Of a stretch of 64,000 nucleotides of DNA, positions 1 to 10,952 are shown piece by piece. The translations under genes and the position numbers were made by a program. The notes under the pieces were generated by a model. The model made no database searches and was not told the DNA's origin. It was given only the letters and a program-made list of their open reading frames with translations. Location: assembly GCA_963719515.1 (NCBI GenBank), contig CAVRCJ010000010.1, positions 384,001 through 448,000 on the forward strand. Reading direction: 5' to 3'. How positions within the stretch are numbered: position 1 is the stretch's first letter; each line of letters opens with the position of its first letter. Source of the DNA: an uncultured cyanobacterium (GTDB lineage: Bacteria; Cyanobacteriota; Cyanobacteriia; CAKZMO01).

Positions 1-464
1 AGCAGCGCAGCGGCCATGTCTGCCTTATTGACAAGCCCGATAGTTTCCAGCAAGCCTACGACGGTGCGCCGCTCTGTGGCGTCGGCTTTGCCAAACAGCG
101 TGGCAAACAGGCCCTTCTTGCCCAGAGATAGCTCCAGATTTTCGCGGGGGGTGAGGTTGAGGTAGACCCGAGGGGTTTGAAACTTGCGGCCAATGCCGAG
201 CTGGGCAATCTGGTGCTCGGAGTAGCGGGTGAGGTCATTGCCCTTGAAGCGCACCGTCCCCTCCGTCGGCTTTACCTTTCCGGTGATCACGTCTAGAAAG
301 GTAGTTTTCCCCGCGCCGTTAGGGCCAATAATGACCCGCAGCTCTCCCGCCGCCATGCTGAAGTTGAGGTCGTTGAGGGCTTTGAAGCCGTCGAAGCTCA
401 CCGTCAGCTGGTCAATATCGAGAACTGTGTTGTTCGGATTGGGCGTAGTGATCGTATCAGTCAT
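1..464 (-). CDS. urtD: Urea ABC transporter ATP-binding subunit UrtD (3' part outside window)
   Basis: Manual translation from ATG at 464: MTDTITTPNPNNTVLDIDQLTVSFDGFKALNDLNFSMAAGELRVIIGPNGAGKTTFLDVITGK...GIGRKFQTPRVY. Walker A present; start overlaps the urtC stop. Not in the ORF track because it runs off the edge. Confidence 0.92.
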   Translation of the reverse strand, partial: MTDTITTPNPNNTVLDIDQLTVSFDGFKALNDLNFSMAAGELRVIIGPNGAGKTTFLDVITGKVKPTEGTVRFKGNDLTRYSEHQIAQLGIGRKFQTPRVYLNLTPRENLELSLGKKGLFATLFGKADATERRTVVGLLETIGLVNKADMAAAL

Positions 465-1620
465 TCGTCTCCTCTCCCACAACCACCGCTTGCTGCTCGG
501 TCACGTCGGGGTCAAGCTCCAGGCTGGGGTAGGTGGCGATCGCCCTAGGTTTGCCCAGAAGCTGTCGCAGCTGCGGACCCGCCCGGTGCCGCAGCCAGCC
601 AATGAGGCCATCTGGGAGCACCGTCACCACAATTAAGAACAGCGCCCCCTGAAAAAACAGCCAAAACTCAGGAAACTGCTCGCTGAGGAGGCTCTGGGCA
701 AAGTTTACCAGCAGCGCCCCCACAATCGCCCCAATTAGGGTAGCTCGGCCCCCCACCGCAACCCAAATCACCATTTCAATGGAGCGGGCCACCTCCATCT
801 CTTTGGGGGAGATGATGCCTGATTGAATCATGTAGAGCGCCCCAGAGACCCCCGCCAGCGCCCCGGCGATCGCAAACACAATCACCTTGAAGCTCGTGGG
901 GTTATACCCTGAAAAGCGCACCCGGCTCTCGTCGTCCCGAATGGCGATCATCAGTCGCCCAAACCGCCCGCTGGTGATCCACCGGCAGAGGGCATAGGCC
1001 AGTATCAGCGCCAATACCGTCAGGCTGTAGAACAGAAATCGAGCTTCAGCGGATCCTGCGGAGAGACCAAAAACCTGGCTGGTGTCGGTCTTGAGGCCGT
1101 TGGTGCCGTTAATCAGCTTTTGCTGACTGTTGAAAAAGTTGAAGAACACCACCAGGGCGGCCTGGGTGAGAATCGAAAAGTAGACGCCGCGAATGCGGTT
1201 GCGAAACACCAGGTAGCCCAGCAGTCCCGCAACGATGGCGGGAACGATAACAATCGCCGCTAGGGTAAAGGGAAACGAGTAGAACGGATACCAAAACCAG
1301 GGCAGCTCCTGGACGCCGTACAGGCTGAAGAAATCGGGGATTTGGCCCTCGGGCAGCTGCAGATTGATATGCATCGCCAGGGCGTAGCCCCCCAGGGCGA
1401 AGAAAATGCCCTGCCCCAGGCTGAGCATGCCGGTGTAGCCCCAGATCAGGTCGATGCCCAAGGCGACAATGGTGAGGGCCAAAAAGCGCCCCAGCAGATT
1501 GAGTCGAAAATCGGACAGCAGGGCGGGCAGCACCAGCAGCAGCACCAGGGCCACCGCAACTACGGCGATCGCCTCTATGATCAGCTGCCGCTTCCCGCTC
1601 TGTGGTTTACGTCGTTGCAT
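457..1620 (-). CDS. urtC: Urea ABC transporter permease UrtC
   Basis: LGIDLIWGYTGMLSLGQGIFFALGGY, RIRGVYFSILTQA, AIRDDESRVRFSGY motifs; operon position. Confidence 0.95.
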   Translation of the reverse strand: MQRRKPQSGKRQLIIEAIAVVAVALVLLLVLPALLSDFRLNLLGRFLALTIVALGIDLIWGYTGMLSLGQGIFFALGGYALAMHINLQLPEGQIPDFFSLYGVQELPWFWYPFYSFPFTLAAIVIVPAIVAGLLGYLVFRNRIRGVYFSILTQAALVVFFNFFNSQQKLINGTNGLKTDTSQVFGLSAGSAEARFLFYSLTVLALILAYALCRWITSGRFGRLMIAIRDDESRVRFSGYNPTSFKVIVFAIAGALAGVSGALYMIQSGIISPKEMEVARSIEMVIWVAVGGRATLIGAIVGALLVNFAQSLLSEQFPEFWLFFQGALFLIVVTVLPDGLIGWLRHRAGPQLRQLLGKPRAIATYPSLELDPDVTEQQAVVVGEETND

Positions 1621-1631
1621 AGCTTACTCGA

Positions 1632-2807
1632 TTAAGCATCCACCGTACGTCCCTTCTGCGGAAACAGACCGCCGGGCCGCACCTGCAGAAACGCAATGAT
1701 CAAGGCGAAAACCATCACCTTGGCCATGCTGGACTGGGCAAAGAAATTAAAGAAGTCAATGATAGGCTGCACCAATCCTCCAGCGTCTAGCCCTGACAAC
1801 ATCAGCGGAATCGTCCCGGAGCCGACCAGGTAGCTGAGGGTGCCGATGGCAAAGGCGGCCAGCACGCTGCCGAAAATATTGCCCACTCCGCCGACCACCA
1901 CCACCATAAAGGCATCCACGATGTAGTTGCCCCCCAGGTTTGGGCCGACTGACCCCAGCAGGGTAATGGCGCTCCCGGCAATTCCCGCTAGCCCGGACCC
2001 CAGGGCAAAGGTCAGAGCGTCTACGGTTTTGGTGGGGATGCCCAGGCAGGCGCTCATATCCCGGTTCTGGGTCACCGCCCGTATCCGCAGCCCCCATACG
2101 GAGCGATTCAAGAACCAGTAAATTCCCAGCAGACAAAGCACCGTCAGCACAATAATGAACAGGCGGGCGTAGGGGAACTGCAGCGTCGCTCCAAAAGAGA
2201 CGCCGCCCTGCAGCCATCCCGGCGCAGTCACGTCAATGTTGCGCGGCCCAAACCACAGCTTCGACAGCCAGTCCTGCTCTGAAGCGTTGAGTAGCCGACC
2301 GGCGACGAAGGCGATCGCGGCCGATAGCAGCAGCACCACAGGACTAGCCCAAGGGGGAACAGAGGCCCGCTTAAGCGCAAACTGCCCCCCCAAAAACAGG
2401 GCCGCAAACAGCAGCAGGCCTAGCACCATAGCGGTGTTGACGCTGCGAACAAACTGAATCAAGATTAGGCTCACGCCCCAGGTAGCTAGCAGGGTCTCTA
2501 GGGGTCGCCCGTAGAGGTAGCGCACCACGGTACGCTCTAGCAGCAGCCCCACCAGGGCGGCGACCAGAAACGCTAGGGGCAGGGCTACAAAAATATAGAT
2601 GTCCTGCAGCGACTCGGCGTAGGCCTTGAAGCCATTTTGCACGACGTAGGTGGTGTAGGCTCCCAGCATCATCAGCTCGCCATGGGCCAGATTGATGACG
2701 CCCATGAGGCCAAAGACGATGGCAAGCCCCAGCGCCGCGATCAGCAGCACCGAACCGGTGCTAAGGCCGTTAAAAAGAACGTTGAGCAGTTGTTCGAGAA
2801 TATTCAT
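1632..2807 (-). CDS. urtB: Urea ABC transporter permease UrtB
   Basis: ALGLAIVFGLMGVINLAHGELMMLGAY, RPLETLLATWG, C-terminal GLFPQKGRTVDA. Confidence 0.95.
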   Translation of the reverse strand: MNILEQLLNVLFNGLSTGSVLLIAALGLAIVFGLMGVINLAHGELMMLGAYTTYVVQNGFKAYAESLQDIYIFVALPLAFLVAALVGLLLERTVVRYLYGRPLETLLATWGVSLILIQFVRSVNTAMVLGLLLFAALFLGGQFALKRASVPPWASPVVLLLSAAIAFVAGRLLNASEQDWLSKLWFGPRNIDVTAPGWLQGGVSFGATLQFPYARLFIIVLTVLCLLGIYWFLNRSVWGLRIRAVTQNRDMSACLGIPTKTVDALTFALGSGLAGIAGSAITLLGSVGPNLGGNYIVDAFMVVVVGGVGNIFGSVLAAFAIGTLSYLVGSGTIPLMLSGLDAGGLVQPIIDFFNFFAQSSMAKVMVFALIIAFLQVRPGGLFPQKGRTVDA

Positions 2808-2853
2808 TCACGCAGGGGATCGGCGCGGTTCACCGCAATACTGATTGTTAAAT

Positions 2854-2891
2854 AAACGGTAGGGGCACACGGCTGTGCGCCCCTACCGTTT
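2854..2891. repeat. GTAG-type REP-like hairpin between urtA and urtB (possible mRNA stabiliser/attenuator)
   Basis: aaacggtaggggcacac-ggct-gtgcgcccctaccgttt near-perfect inverted repeat containing GTAG. Confidence 0.7.
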
Positions 2892-2905
2892 CTAAGCGTT
2901 TAGGT

Positions 2906-4234
2906 CTACGCTTCTTCGTATTTGCCGCCCTTGTTGGGGTCAGACCAATCGCAGGCAAATCCCTTGGTGTCGGGCACGTACTGGTTCCAGGGAATCGGAT
3001 CGATAGGACCGTCTGTCGAAGAGACAATCTCAAACAGACCGTCATCCCGCACCTGGCCGATGCGCACCGTCTTCGACAGGTGGTGGTTAGAGTTCATGGT
3101 CACCGGACCTTCCGGCGCGTCAAACTCCAAGCCATAAGCGGCTTCTCGCACCGCTTCCAAGTCATCCGCCGTTCCAGCAGCCTCAACGGCCATCTTCCAC
3201 ATGTAGACCATGATGTAGGCGGCTTCCATGGGGTCGTTGGTGACGCGGTCGTCGCCGTACTCGGCCTTGAAGTCAGACACCCACTTCTCGTTTTCGGCGT
3301 TCTCAACCGTCTGGAAGTAGTTCCAAGCGGCGTAGTGATCTACCAAAAACTCGGGGCCAATCTGGCGCACTTCTTCTTCAGCCACCGACACCGACATCAC
3401 GGGATACTGGTCCGGTCCCATGCCAGCGCCCTTCAGCTGCTTGAAGAATGCCACGTTGCTGTCGCCGTTGAGGCTGTTGAAGATGACGCCGCCGTCGGGC
3501 ATGGCGGAGCGAATCTTGGAGATGATGGGGGTTACTTCGGTGTTGCCTAGGGGCAGGTAGTCTTCCCCAACCGTCTCGCCGCCGAGGGCAGTGAGCTGCT
3601 CTTTGATGATGGTGTTGGCGGTGCGGGGGAAAACGTAGTCGGAACCCACCAGGAAGAACTGCTGGCCTTTGTTCTCCAGCAGCCACTCTACCGCAGGCTC
3701 GATCTGCTGGTTGGGGGCTGCACCGGTGTAGAAGATATTCTTGGAGCACTCTTGCCCCTCGTACTGCACCGGGTACCACAGCATGTGGTTCTTCGATTCG
3801 AATACGGGCAATACAGCTTTGCGGCTTGCAGAAGTCCAGCAGCCAAAGACGGTAGCTACGCCGTCTTGGTCAATTAGCTTTTCTGCCTTTTCTGCAAAGG
3901 TGGGCCAGTCGGAAGCGCCATCTTCTTTGATAGCTTCAATCTGCTTGCCCAGCACGCCGCCGGCCGCGTTAATTTCTTGAATCGCCAGCTCTTCTGCGTC
4001 GACAACGGTGGTCTCACTAATGGCCATCGTGCCGCTCAGAGAGTGAAGAATGCCCACCTTAATGGTGTCACTGCTGCTCCCTTCGGCTCCCGCGCTCGCC
4101 TCTTCACCGCCTTCCTCCGGCGCTGCAGCGCTTTCCTCACCGGAGTCGGTGGCACAAGCCTTGAGCAAAATGCTGGTTCCTAAAGCTGCTGAACCGTACA
4201 GCAGAAATCTTCTTCGTCCAAACAAACTAGCCAT
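2906..4234 (-). CDS. urtA: Urea ABC transporter substrate-binding protein UrtA
   Basis: RRRFLL signal; [50 protein letters not shown]. Confidence 0.96.
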   Translation of the reverse strand: MASLFGRRRFLLYGSAALGTSILLKACATDSGEESAAAPEEGGEEASAGAEGSSSDTIKVGILHSLSGTMAISETTVVDAEELAIQEINAAGGVLGKQIEAIKEDGASDWPTFAEKAEKLIDQDGVATVFGCWTSASRKAVLPVFESKNHMLWYPVQYEGQECSKNIFYTGAAPNQQIEPAVEWLLENKGQQFFLVGSDYVFPRTANTIIKEQLTALGGETVGEDYLPLGNTEVTPIISKIRSAMPDGGVIFNSLNGDSNVAFFKQLKGAGMGPDQYPVMSVSVAEEEVRQIGPEFLVDHYAAWNYFQTVENAENEKWVSDFKAEYGDDRVTNDPMEAAYIMVYMWKMAVEAAGTADDLEAVREAAYGLEFDAPEGPVTMNSNHHLSKTVRIGQVRDDGLFEIVSSTDGPIDPIPWNQYVPDTKGFACDWSDPNKGGKYEEA

Positions 4235-4302
4235 AGAGTTCTCAATCCTCGATATCTTAAAAGCGGCAGGGCTATGCTGAGCATCACACGCATACGGACC
4301 GT

Positions 4303-4344
4303 ATAGTATGTCTCTAGATGAATAGTCTTTGTGCTCTGTGATAC
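4303..4344 (-). promoter_or_regulatory. NtcA-activated (class II) promoter of urtA
   Basis: Minus strand GTA-TCACAGAG-CAC (one mismatch to GTAN8TAC; 4344-4331), then exactly 22 nt, then TACTAT -10 (4308-4303). Confidence 0.8.
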
Positions 4345-4352
4345 ATTTTTTA

Positions 4353-4976
4353 TCAAGATGGTCTGTTTATTGACGTTGACGGTCCCTTGTGGCGCTCAAT
4401 GAAGGCCACAATTTCAGTCAAACTAGTCTCAGATTTCAGCATTGTGAACAGAAATGGGCGATCGCCCCGCATCTTCTCAGCGTCCCGCGCCATCACCGAC
4501 AGGTCAGCCCCCACTAGCGGCGCTAGGTCGGTTTTGTTGATGACTAGCAGGTCTGATTTGGTGATCCCCGGTCCGCCCTTCCGGGGAATTTTGTCCCCCG
4601 CCGCCACGTCGATTACGTAGATTGTCAGGTCCACCAGCTCCGGGCTAAAGGTCGCCGCCAGATTGTCGCCCCCGCTTTCCACAAATACCAGGTCCGGAGC
4701 AAACTGCGCCTCCAGCCCCTCAATAGCCACCAGATTGATCGAGGCATCTTCGCGAATGGCCGTATGGGGGCATCCCCCCGTCTCCACCCCCACAATCCGC
4801 TCTTGGTCCAGCGCCCCGTGGCGCACCAAAAACTGAGCGTCTTCTTGAGTGTAGATATCGTTGGTGACCACGGCCAGGCTGTAGGTCTCCCGCAGAGCGC
4901 GGCAGAGCGCCATCACCAGGGCCGTCTTTCCAGAGCCAACGGGACCGGCAACGCCAACGCGGAAAGTCATGGGCAT
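4353..4976 (-). CDS. ureG: Urease accessory GTPase UreG
   Basis: [42 protein letters not shown]. Confidence 0.97.
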   Translation of the reverse strand: MPMTFRVGVAGPVGSGKTALVMALCRALRETYSLAVVTNDIYTQEDAQFLVRHGALDQERIVGVETGGCPHTAIREDASINLVAIEGLEAQFAPDLVFVESGGDNLAATFSPELVDLTIYVIDVAAGDKIPRKGGPGITKSDLLVINKTDLAPLVGADLSVMARDAEKMRGDRPFLFTMLKSETSLTEIVAFIERHKGPSTSINRPS

Positions 4977-4989
4977 CTCAACTGTCGGC

Positions 4990-5733
4990 TCAACTTCTAA
5001 ATAACCTCGAATATAGCGTCTCGTGGGTCATGCTTGCGAGGGAGAGCCCCCAGCTGCACAGCTCATCGCTGCGCAGCTCATCGCTATACAGTTCGCTGCT
5101 GCCTTCGGAAGCGGCGTCCGCCTGCGTCCAGTCCCCTGCGGGGCGGGTCAGTATCGTAGCCGCCGTCGCCTCTATTGCGGGGTAAAGCCGCTGCAGCAGC
5201 AGCTGCCCCGCCGTCTGCCCTAGGGGGACGAGCTTAATTCCAGCCGTGATGCCGGTGGTCATCCAGCTGTATAGATACCCCAGCACCGTCTCATGGGGCG
5301 ATAGGTTCCACTGGGCGGCCGCCACGGCAAAGGCGATCGCAAAGTTACAGGGAATAGGGGGCAGCAGCGGCGTAAAGGCGGGGTCGAGCTGGCTCAGCAG
5401 CTGACTCAGCGACTGCCCCATTTGCCAGCTTTGCTGCCGCAGCTCTTCAGTCTCTCGCAGGGCTGAGAGGTAATCATTCCAGTAGGCGATCGCCTCTAAA
5501 TCTCCGTGGCCTACGGCCTGATGCGCTTTGAGGACAATCGACGCCTCTAGCCGCACCATGCCGTAGCGCAGCTCGTGGGTCAGCCAGGTTTCTAGCGCCG
5601 CCCCATCTGACAAGCGCCCCTGCTGGCTCAGGGTTTCAAGCCCCTCAGAGTAGCTGTAGCCCCCCACAGGCAGGGCAGGGCTTGCCAGCTGCAGCAGCCG
5701 CAGTAGCTTCATAGACTCAGCCATAGGGCTCAA
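4990..5733 (-). CDS. ureF: Urease accessory protein UreF
   Basis: [21 protein letters not shown]-terminal [11 protein letters not shown]. Confidence 0.96.
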   Translation of the reverse strand: MSPMAESMKLLRLLQLASPALPVGGYSYSEGLETLSQQGRLSDGAALETWLTHELRYGMVRLEASIVLKAHQAVGHGDLEAIAYWNDYLSALRETEELRQQSWQMGQSLSQLLSQLDPAFTPLLPPIPCNFAIAFAVAAAQWNLSPHETVLGYLYSWMTTGITAGIKLVPLGQTAGQLLLQRLYPAIEATAATILTRPAGDWTQADAASEGSSELYSDELRSDELCSWGLSLASMTHETLYSRLFRS

Positions 5734-5759
5734 CAGAAATAGGTTTGATGAACAGGGCC

Positions 5760-6227
5760 CTAGTGATGATGCGACTCCCCGTAAGCCCCTGACTCGGGGT
5801 GGAACGGCTCTACGGCGTCGGTGACCGTTACCCCCATCGACACCAGCAGCGATCGCAGCACCGGGTCAGGGGCAAGGCGCAGGGTGGTTTTAGGCCCCGC
5901 ACCTTCAGAAATCTCGACCGGCACGTGGCGATTGCCCAAGTGATAAGCGGCCCTCATGAGCGCCAAAGTTGAGCCCGTCACTCTGAGCACGGCCTCGGGC
6001 CGGGCCACCACCCGCACCCGATGCTGCCCGCCGGCAGAACTCAGCACGTCGCCGTCGCGCAGCACCGTTCCCCGCGGCAGCTGTAGGTGAATGTCTCGCC
6101 CCGCGCTTGAAAAGCAGTGGCGAGACTTGGCGCGCTCGTCCGCCGTGAGGCTGAGAATATCTTGAGGCGGCTGACCTTGTTCGGGGTCCGCCAACCGGTG
6201 GGTCAATATGGGGGCCGTGGGCGTCAT
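5760..6227 (-). CDS. ureE: Urease accessory Ni-chaperone UreE
   Basis: LPRGTVLRDGD, AAYHLGNRHVP, FHPESGAY plus His tail. Confidence 0.95.
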   Translation of the reverse strand: MTPTAPILTHRLADPEQGQPPQDILSLTADERAKSRHCFSSAGRDIHLQLPRGTVLRDGDVLSSAGGQHRVRVVARPEAVLRVTGSTLALMRAAYHLGNRHVPVEISEGAGPKTTLRLAPDPVLRSLLVSMGVTVTDAVEPFHPESGAYGESHHH

Positions 6228-6388
6228 GGCGATCGCTAATGTCTCTGGGAATTTCAGGGTAGCGTATCAAAGTGAGTTATCAAAGCAGCTGACCCAGCAA
6301 CTGAGCCCTGGAGACTGACTCGTTTCGCTCGATTTCAATTTTGCAATGGGCATTGGCGCTAGCCCGACGGGCACCCTAAACCCACGCA

Positions 6389-7531
6389 TTGGGTTGCCCT
6401 ATCTTGACCGTATCTAACGACAACCAAACTCTCGATCGCCCCTATTGGGTGGCCTGGTCCAAACTTCCCAACATTGGGCCTATTCGGCTGCAGCGGCTGT
6501 GGAAGCACTTTGGCACCCTAGCTACCGCTTGGGAAGCCGACATGGGGGCGCTGCTGGAGGTAGAGGGCATCGGGCTACGGATGGCCATGGAGATCGCTGA
6601 GCAGCGATTGCGCTTCGACCCTAAGGCCTGCTACGCGGCCTACGCCGAGAAAAACCCCCTGTTTTGGACGCCGGCAGACCCGGGCTACCCCCGGCTGCTG
6701 CTAGAGGTCCCTGACCCGCCGCCCTTGCTCCACTACCGAGGCCGCGTCGAACCTGCAGAAAATCAGGGACAGGTGCTGGCGATCGCCATTGTCGGCACCC
6801 GCCACCCCACCGAATATGGCCGCCGCTGGACCCACCGCATCAGCCGCGCGCTGGCTCAGTCGGGGGTGACGGTTGTCTCGGGCCTCGCGGACGGCATCGA
6901 CGCGATCGCCCACCGCAGCTGTTTGGAGGCCGGGGGCCGCACCCTGGCGGTGATGGGCACTGGGGTAGATGTGATCTATCCCTCATCAAATCGCATCTTG
7001 TCCCGCCGGGTGCTAGAGAATGGCCTGCTGCTGAGCGAATACCCCGCCGGAACCCAGCCCGACCGCTCCCAGTTTCCTCGCCGCAACCGCATCATCGCCG
7101 GACTGAGCCGCGCCGTGCTGATTTTAGAAGCGCCGCAAAGATCGGGGGCGTTGATTACCGCTAGGGTGGCCAACGACTACGCCCGCGATGTGTACGCTCT
7201 GCCGGGGACTCTAGACAACATCGCCGCCCGAGGCTGCCTGGAGCTCATCCACCAAGGAGCCAGCCTAATTTTAGACGAAGCATCGCTGCTAGAAGCGCTC
7301 GGGGCCATGCCGGCCTTGGCCTCAGCGCCAGCCCCTCTGGCCAGCGTTCCCGCCGATCTTGCCCCCGAGCTGCTGCAGGTGCTGGACGCCGTCAAGGATG
7401 ACCCCAGACTGCTCGATCACATTGCCCAGCAGACCAGCCTGGGCACCGGCACTATTCTGGCAGCGCTGGCTCAGCTGGAGATGATGGACTTGGTGAAGCA
7501 GCTGCCGGGGATGCGCTATCAGCGGTGCTAG
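6389..7531 (+). CDS. dprA: DNA-processing protein DprA
   Basis: IVGTRHPTEYG, VVSGLADGID, FPRRNRIIAGLS, SGALITA, C-terminal wHTH; exact start uncertain. Confidence 0.95.
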   Translation: MGCPILTVSNDNQTLDRPYWVAWSKLPNIGPIRLQRLWKHFGTLATAWEADMGALLEVEGIGLRMAMEIAEQRLRFDPKACYAAYAEKNPLFWTPADPGYPRLLLEVPDPPPLLHYRGRVEPAENQGQVLAIAIVGTRHPTEYGRRWTHRISRALAQSGVTVVSGLADGIDAIAHRSCLEAGGRTLAVMGTGVDVIYPSSNRILSRRVLENGLLLSEYPAGTQPDRSQFPRRNRIIAGLSRAVLILEAPQRSGALITARVANDYARDVYALPGTLDNIAARGCLELIHQGASLILDEASLLEALGAMPALASAPAPLASVPADLAPELLQVLDAVKDDPRLLDHIAQQTSLGTGTILAALAQLEMMDLVKQLPGMRYQRC

Positions 7532-8896
7532 CAGGATCGAGGCCTTCAGACGTTTCTGAGCTGAGGTCTCCCGCAGCGGGAGGGGGCTCAGGCGACTCTA
7601 GGATATCGGGCACTTCGGGGGGTGCCGGGGGCTCATCGGTCTGGAAGAACACGAAGCGATCGCCGACGACAGGGGTGCGGGCAATGCGCTCTTCGCGCTG
7701 ATTCAGCAGGGTAATTTGGGCGACATCAGAGTCGTCAATTCGCTGCAGCAGCTGTCGGGCTACCCGCTGCTGCTGCTTGTCGCTGAGGCGATACCAATCG
7801 TCCTCCAGGATAATCGTCAGGCGATCGCCCTTCAGGTCAGCAGCGCCAGCTAGGCCGTAGCTCTCGACCACATCAGAAACCTGGGCCTGAACTTTTTCTA
7901 ACAGCGCTGTATTACGCGCTGTCGCTGCCGGGGCGGCTTTGACGACAGGCTGAGCTGAACCTGCTGAAGGCGCGGGGTTAATTAACGAGCCGCCAAGAAA
8001 CAGCAGGATGCCCAGGGTGGCCGTTGTAATTAAAAAGGCGATGCGGGAAGACTCAGAGGCCGCCGCCGCTTTGGCCTCGGGGTTGATGCGCTCCAAAGAC
8101 CACTGCAGCAGCTGATTGAAGAGTCGGGCCCCGGAGAGAGAAACAGCTACCAGCAGCGGTCTAACGACTCTCCAAAATCCGGTCAAAATGCCCAGCGCGC
8201 CGGTCTGGGTCGACTCCGCTGCCGGAGCAGCAACTTCTAGCTGCTGAGTAAACCAGTTCGCGCCTTTAATCGCGGTGCTGAGGCTGGTTTTAGCGGCTGC
8301 CGCTAGGGGCGGCTGTATGAGTCTCCACAGGCGCTGAACCGTGCCCGCTGAGGCGAGAGGCGGCGCAGAAGCCGCTGCTGCAGGCTTCCGTGCCGGCGGA
8401 GCAGGCGGGGCGGCGGGCTTAGGGGAGGCTCGGGGGCAACAGGCTCGGGGGTTGAGAGCTCGACATCGGCAGGCTCAACGTCGGGGGTGACGGCAGCATC
8501 GGCGGGCGCGATATCGGAGGCGATCGCTTCTCCCTGCGGGGCAGGCGTGCTGGCAGGGGTGGACTCGCGGGCGATGTCCTCGAAGGTGACGGTTATGCCC
8601 TCTGGAGCTGATGCAGGTGGGGCAGCGTCGACCGGTGAGGTCTCCTCTGAGGCGTTCTCTGGTGGGAAATCTTCTGATGGCGGGGCCGTTTGCGGCGAGG
8701 CCGTTGACAAGGGGGCCGCTGCGGCGTCAACGGTGACCGGAGTGATGTCGGGCAGGTCAACCTTGACGTCACCGCTGGTATCGCCTTGAGCCGTTGGAGC
8801 TACTGCCTCTGGATTGGCCGCATCGGGGCGAGTGTCGTTTGGGGTTGCCTCTTCGTTGGCAGAGGATTGAGGGTTTGGCTCATGTGCCGATGCCAT
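7452..8896 (-). pseudogene. Pro/Ala-rich membrane protein of unknown function, split by one frameshift near 8420-8460
   Basis: ORF 8303..8896 and ORF 7452..8186 join through an open frame reading PKPAAPPAPPARKPAAASAPPLASAGTVQRLWRLIQPPLAAAAKTSLSTAIKGANWFTQQLEV...GALGILTGFWRVV. Confidence 0.7.
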
Positions 8897-9254
8897 AGCT
8901 GTTCTCCAGAAGATCGTGCGTTATGCTCACTGTGTCTGCGCTCACTGCCTCTGCGATCACTGCCTCTGCGCTTGCTATTTGTGCGCTTACCGTGGGCTGA
9001 ACCTGTGGCCGAGTCACGTCTAATCTACCATTTTGATACCGGGCTTTTACCACAGAATACGGTTTGTTTAGAGCGCGGCGGCGTCACTTCGCTCTGTAGA
9101 GAATCCCAAGAGAATCTAAACCCGCCTTGACAGCAGTTTCGTATCTTTCTACACGCAATGCAGGCAAAAACGCTGTCAGAGTGGTTCGATACAGACGGTA
9201 GGTTGCGCTTGACAGCCTTTTCGAACGTGTTGTTTTCAAAAAAAACTGATTTTT

Positions 9255-10076
9255 ATGAAGTGTCGTATCTTTCTTACTGCGCTACCCGCCCTTCTGGCCC
9301 TAACCGCAACCGCCTGTACCTCAGCGGAGGACGCGCCCGCAGAGGGGGCAGATAGCTCGGCGGAAGGGGATGCCCAAGTGCTGGTAATGGCGACCTCCGC
9401 CGACTATCCCCCCTACGAGTTTTACGAAACCGCGAGCGGCGGCGGTGAGCCCGTCGGGTTTGACGTCGATATCGCTAAGTACATTACCGACCAGCTGGGC
9501 TACGAACTCGAAATTCAGGATATGGAGTTCAATGGCATCATCCCAGCGCTGCAGGGCGATCGCGTTGATTTTGCGATGGCGGGCATGACGCCTACCGATG
9601 AGCGCAAGCAGAGCGTCGACTTTACCGACGTCTACTACGACGCCAAGAACACTATCGTCGCCTCGGCAGATTCCGGGTACGAGAGCTATGAGGATCTCTC
9701 CGGGGCCACGGTAGGGGTGCAGCTGGGATCGATTCAAGAAGAGGAGCTGAAAACGCAGGCTGAGACCATCGACGGGATTACCGTCGAGTCCCGCAACAAG
9801 ATCAGCGAGCTGGTGCAGGAGCTCAAGGCAGGTCGTATTGACGCCGCCATCATCGAAGATACGGTGGCCAAGGGCTACATCCAGAACAACGAAGATTTGG
9901 CGTTCACCACCGTCGAGATTACCGAAGAGTCAGGGTCGGCGATCGCCTTCCCCAAAGGTTCGGAGCTGAGGGCGGAGTTTGATACCGTGCTGGACGAGAT
10001 GGAGGAGAACGGGACCTTAGAGGAGTTGATCAACCGCTGGTTCGAGGAATACTACGAGCAGCAGGGAGCGGAGTAG
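9255..10076 (+). CDS. Polar amino-acid ABC transporter substrate-binding lipoprotein
   Basis: Lipobox TATAC; ATSADYPPYEF, GFDVDIA, MTPTDERKQSVDFTDVYY (SBP family 3). Confidence 0.92.
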   Translation: MKCRIFLTALPALLALTATACTSAEDAPAEGADSSAEGDAQVLVMATSADYPPYEFYETASGGGEPVGFDVDIAKYITDQLGYELEIQDMEFNGIIPALQGDRVDFAMAGMTPTDERKQSVDFTDVYYDAKNTIVASADSGYESYEDLSGATVGVQLGSIQEEELKTQAETIDGITVESRNKISELVQELKAGRIDAAIIEDTVAKGYIQNNEDLAFTTVEITEESGSAIAFPKGSELRAEFDTVLDEMEENGTLEELINRWFEEYYEQQGAE

Positions 10077-10799
10077 GTGTTACCCATTTGGGAGGAATTG
10101 CCTCACCTAGGGCCGCTGCAGGTCAGCCTCTTTGCCGCCCTCGATCTTGACTTCGCCCGCATCGCCCCCTCGCTGCCGTTCATTTTAAAGGGACTCCTCA
10201 TCACCCTACAGTTCACGGCAATTTCAGCCGTGTTTGGCTTCGTTTGGGGCACCATCTTGTCGCTGCTCAAAATTTCCAGCGTCAAGCCCCTCTATTGGTT
10301 TGCCATGGCCTACACCTCCGTATTTCGGGGGACGCCGCTGCTGGTGACGCTGTCTTTGATCTACTTTGCCTTTCCCCAGCTGACGGGCCAGGATATTACG
10401 GCATTTCAGGCGGGGGTGCTGACCTTCAGCCTCAACTCGGCAGCTTACGTGTCCGAGGTGATTCGGGCAGGTATTGTAGCGGTGGATAAAGGGCAGCGGG
10501 AGGCGGCTCTCTCGCTGGGGGTGCGCTATCGCCCGATGATGCTGGACATCATTTTGCCTCAGGCGGTTAAAAACATTTTGCCGGCCCTCGTCAACGAGAG
10601 TATTGCCCTGCTCAAGGACTCGGCCTTAGTGTCGGTGATTGGCGCTCAGGACCTGCTGCGCAGAGCGCAGATTGTGGCGGCAGAAAAGTACGTGTATTTT
10701 GAGCCCCTGCTGATTGTGGCGCTGGTGTATTACCTGATGGTGATGGCGCTAACGCTGGGAGCGGTCGCTTTGGAAAAACGCATGCAGCGCAGCACGTAA
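10077..10799 (+). CDS. Polar amino-acid ABC transporter permease
   Basis: FRGTPLLV, LNSAAYVSEVIRAGI, GQREAALSLG (EAA loop), LLKDSAL. Confidence 0.93.
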   Translation: MLPIWEELPHLGPLQVSLFAALDLDFARIAPSLPFILKGLLITLQFTAISAVFGFVWGTILSLLKISSVKPLYWFAMAYTSVFRGTPLLVTLSLIYFAFPQLTGQDITAFQAGVLTFSLNSAAYVSEVIRAGIVAVDKGQREAALSLGVRYRPMMLDIILPQAVKNILPALVNESIALLKDSALVSVIGAQDLLRRAQIVAAEKYVYFEPLLIVALVYYLMVMALTLGAVALEKRMQRST

Positions 10800-10952
10800 C
10801 GCCCCGCCATCCGCAGGGGGCATCCACCACAAAGGCAGGCCGGTCGCCCCGGCCTGCGATCGCCGCGCTCCCATCCCTCATCCCGTGACCCCCCGCCATC
10901 CGTAAGGGCAACCGGCCCGCTCCGACCCCGTCACCCGCCTTCACCCACCGCC

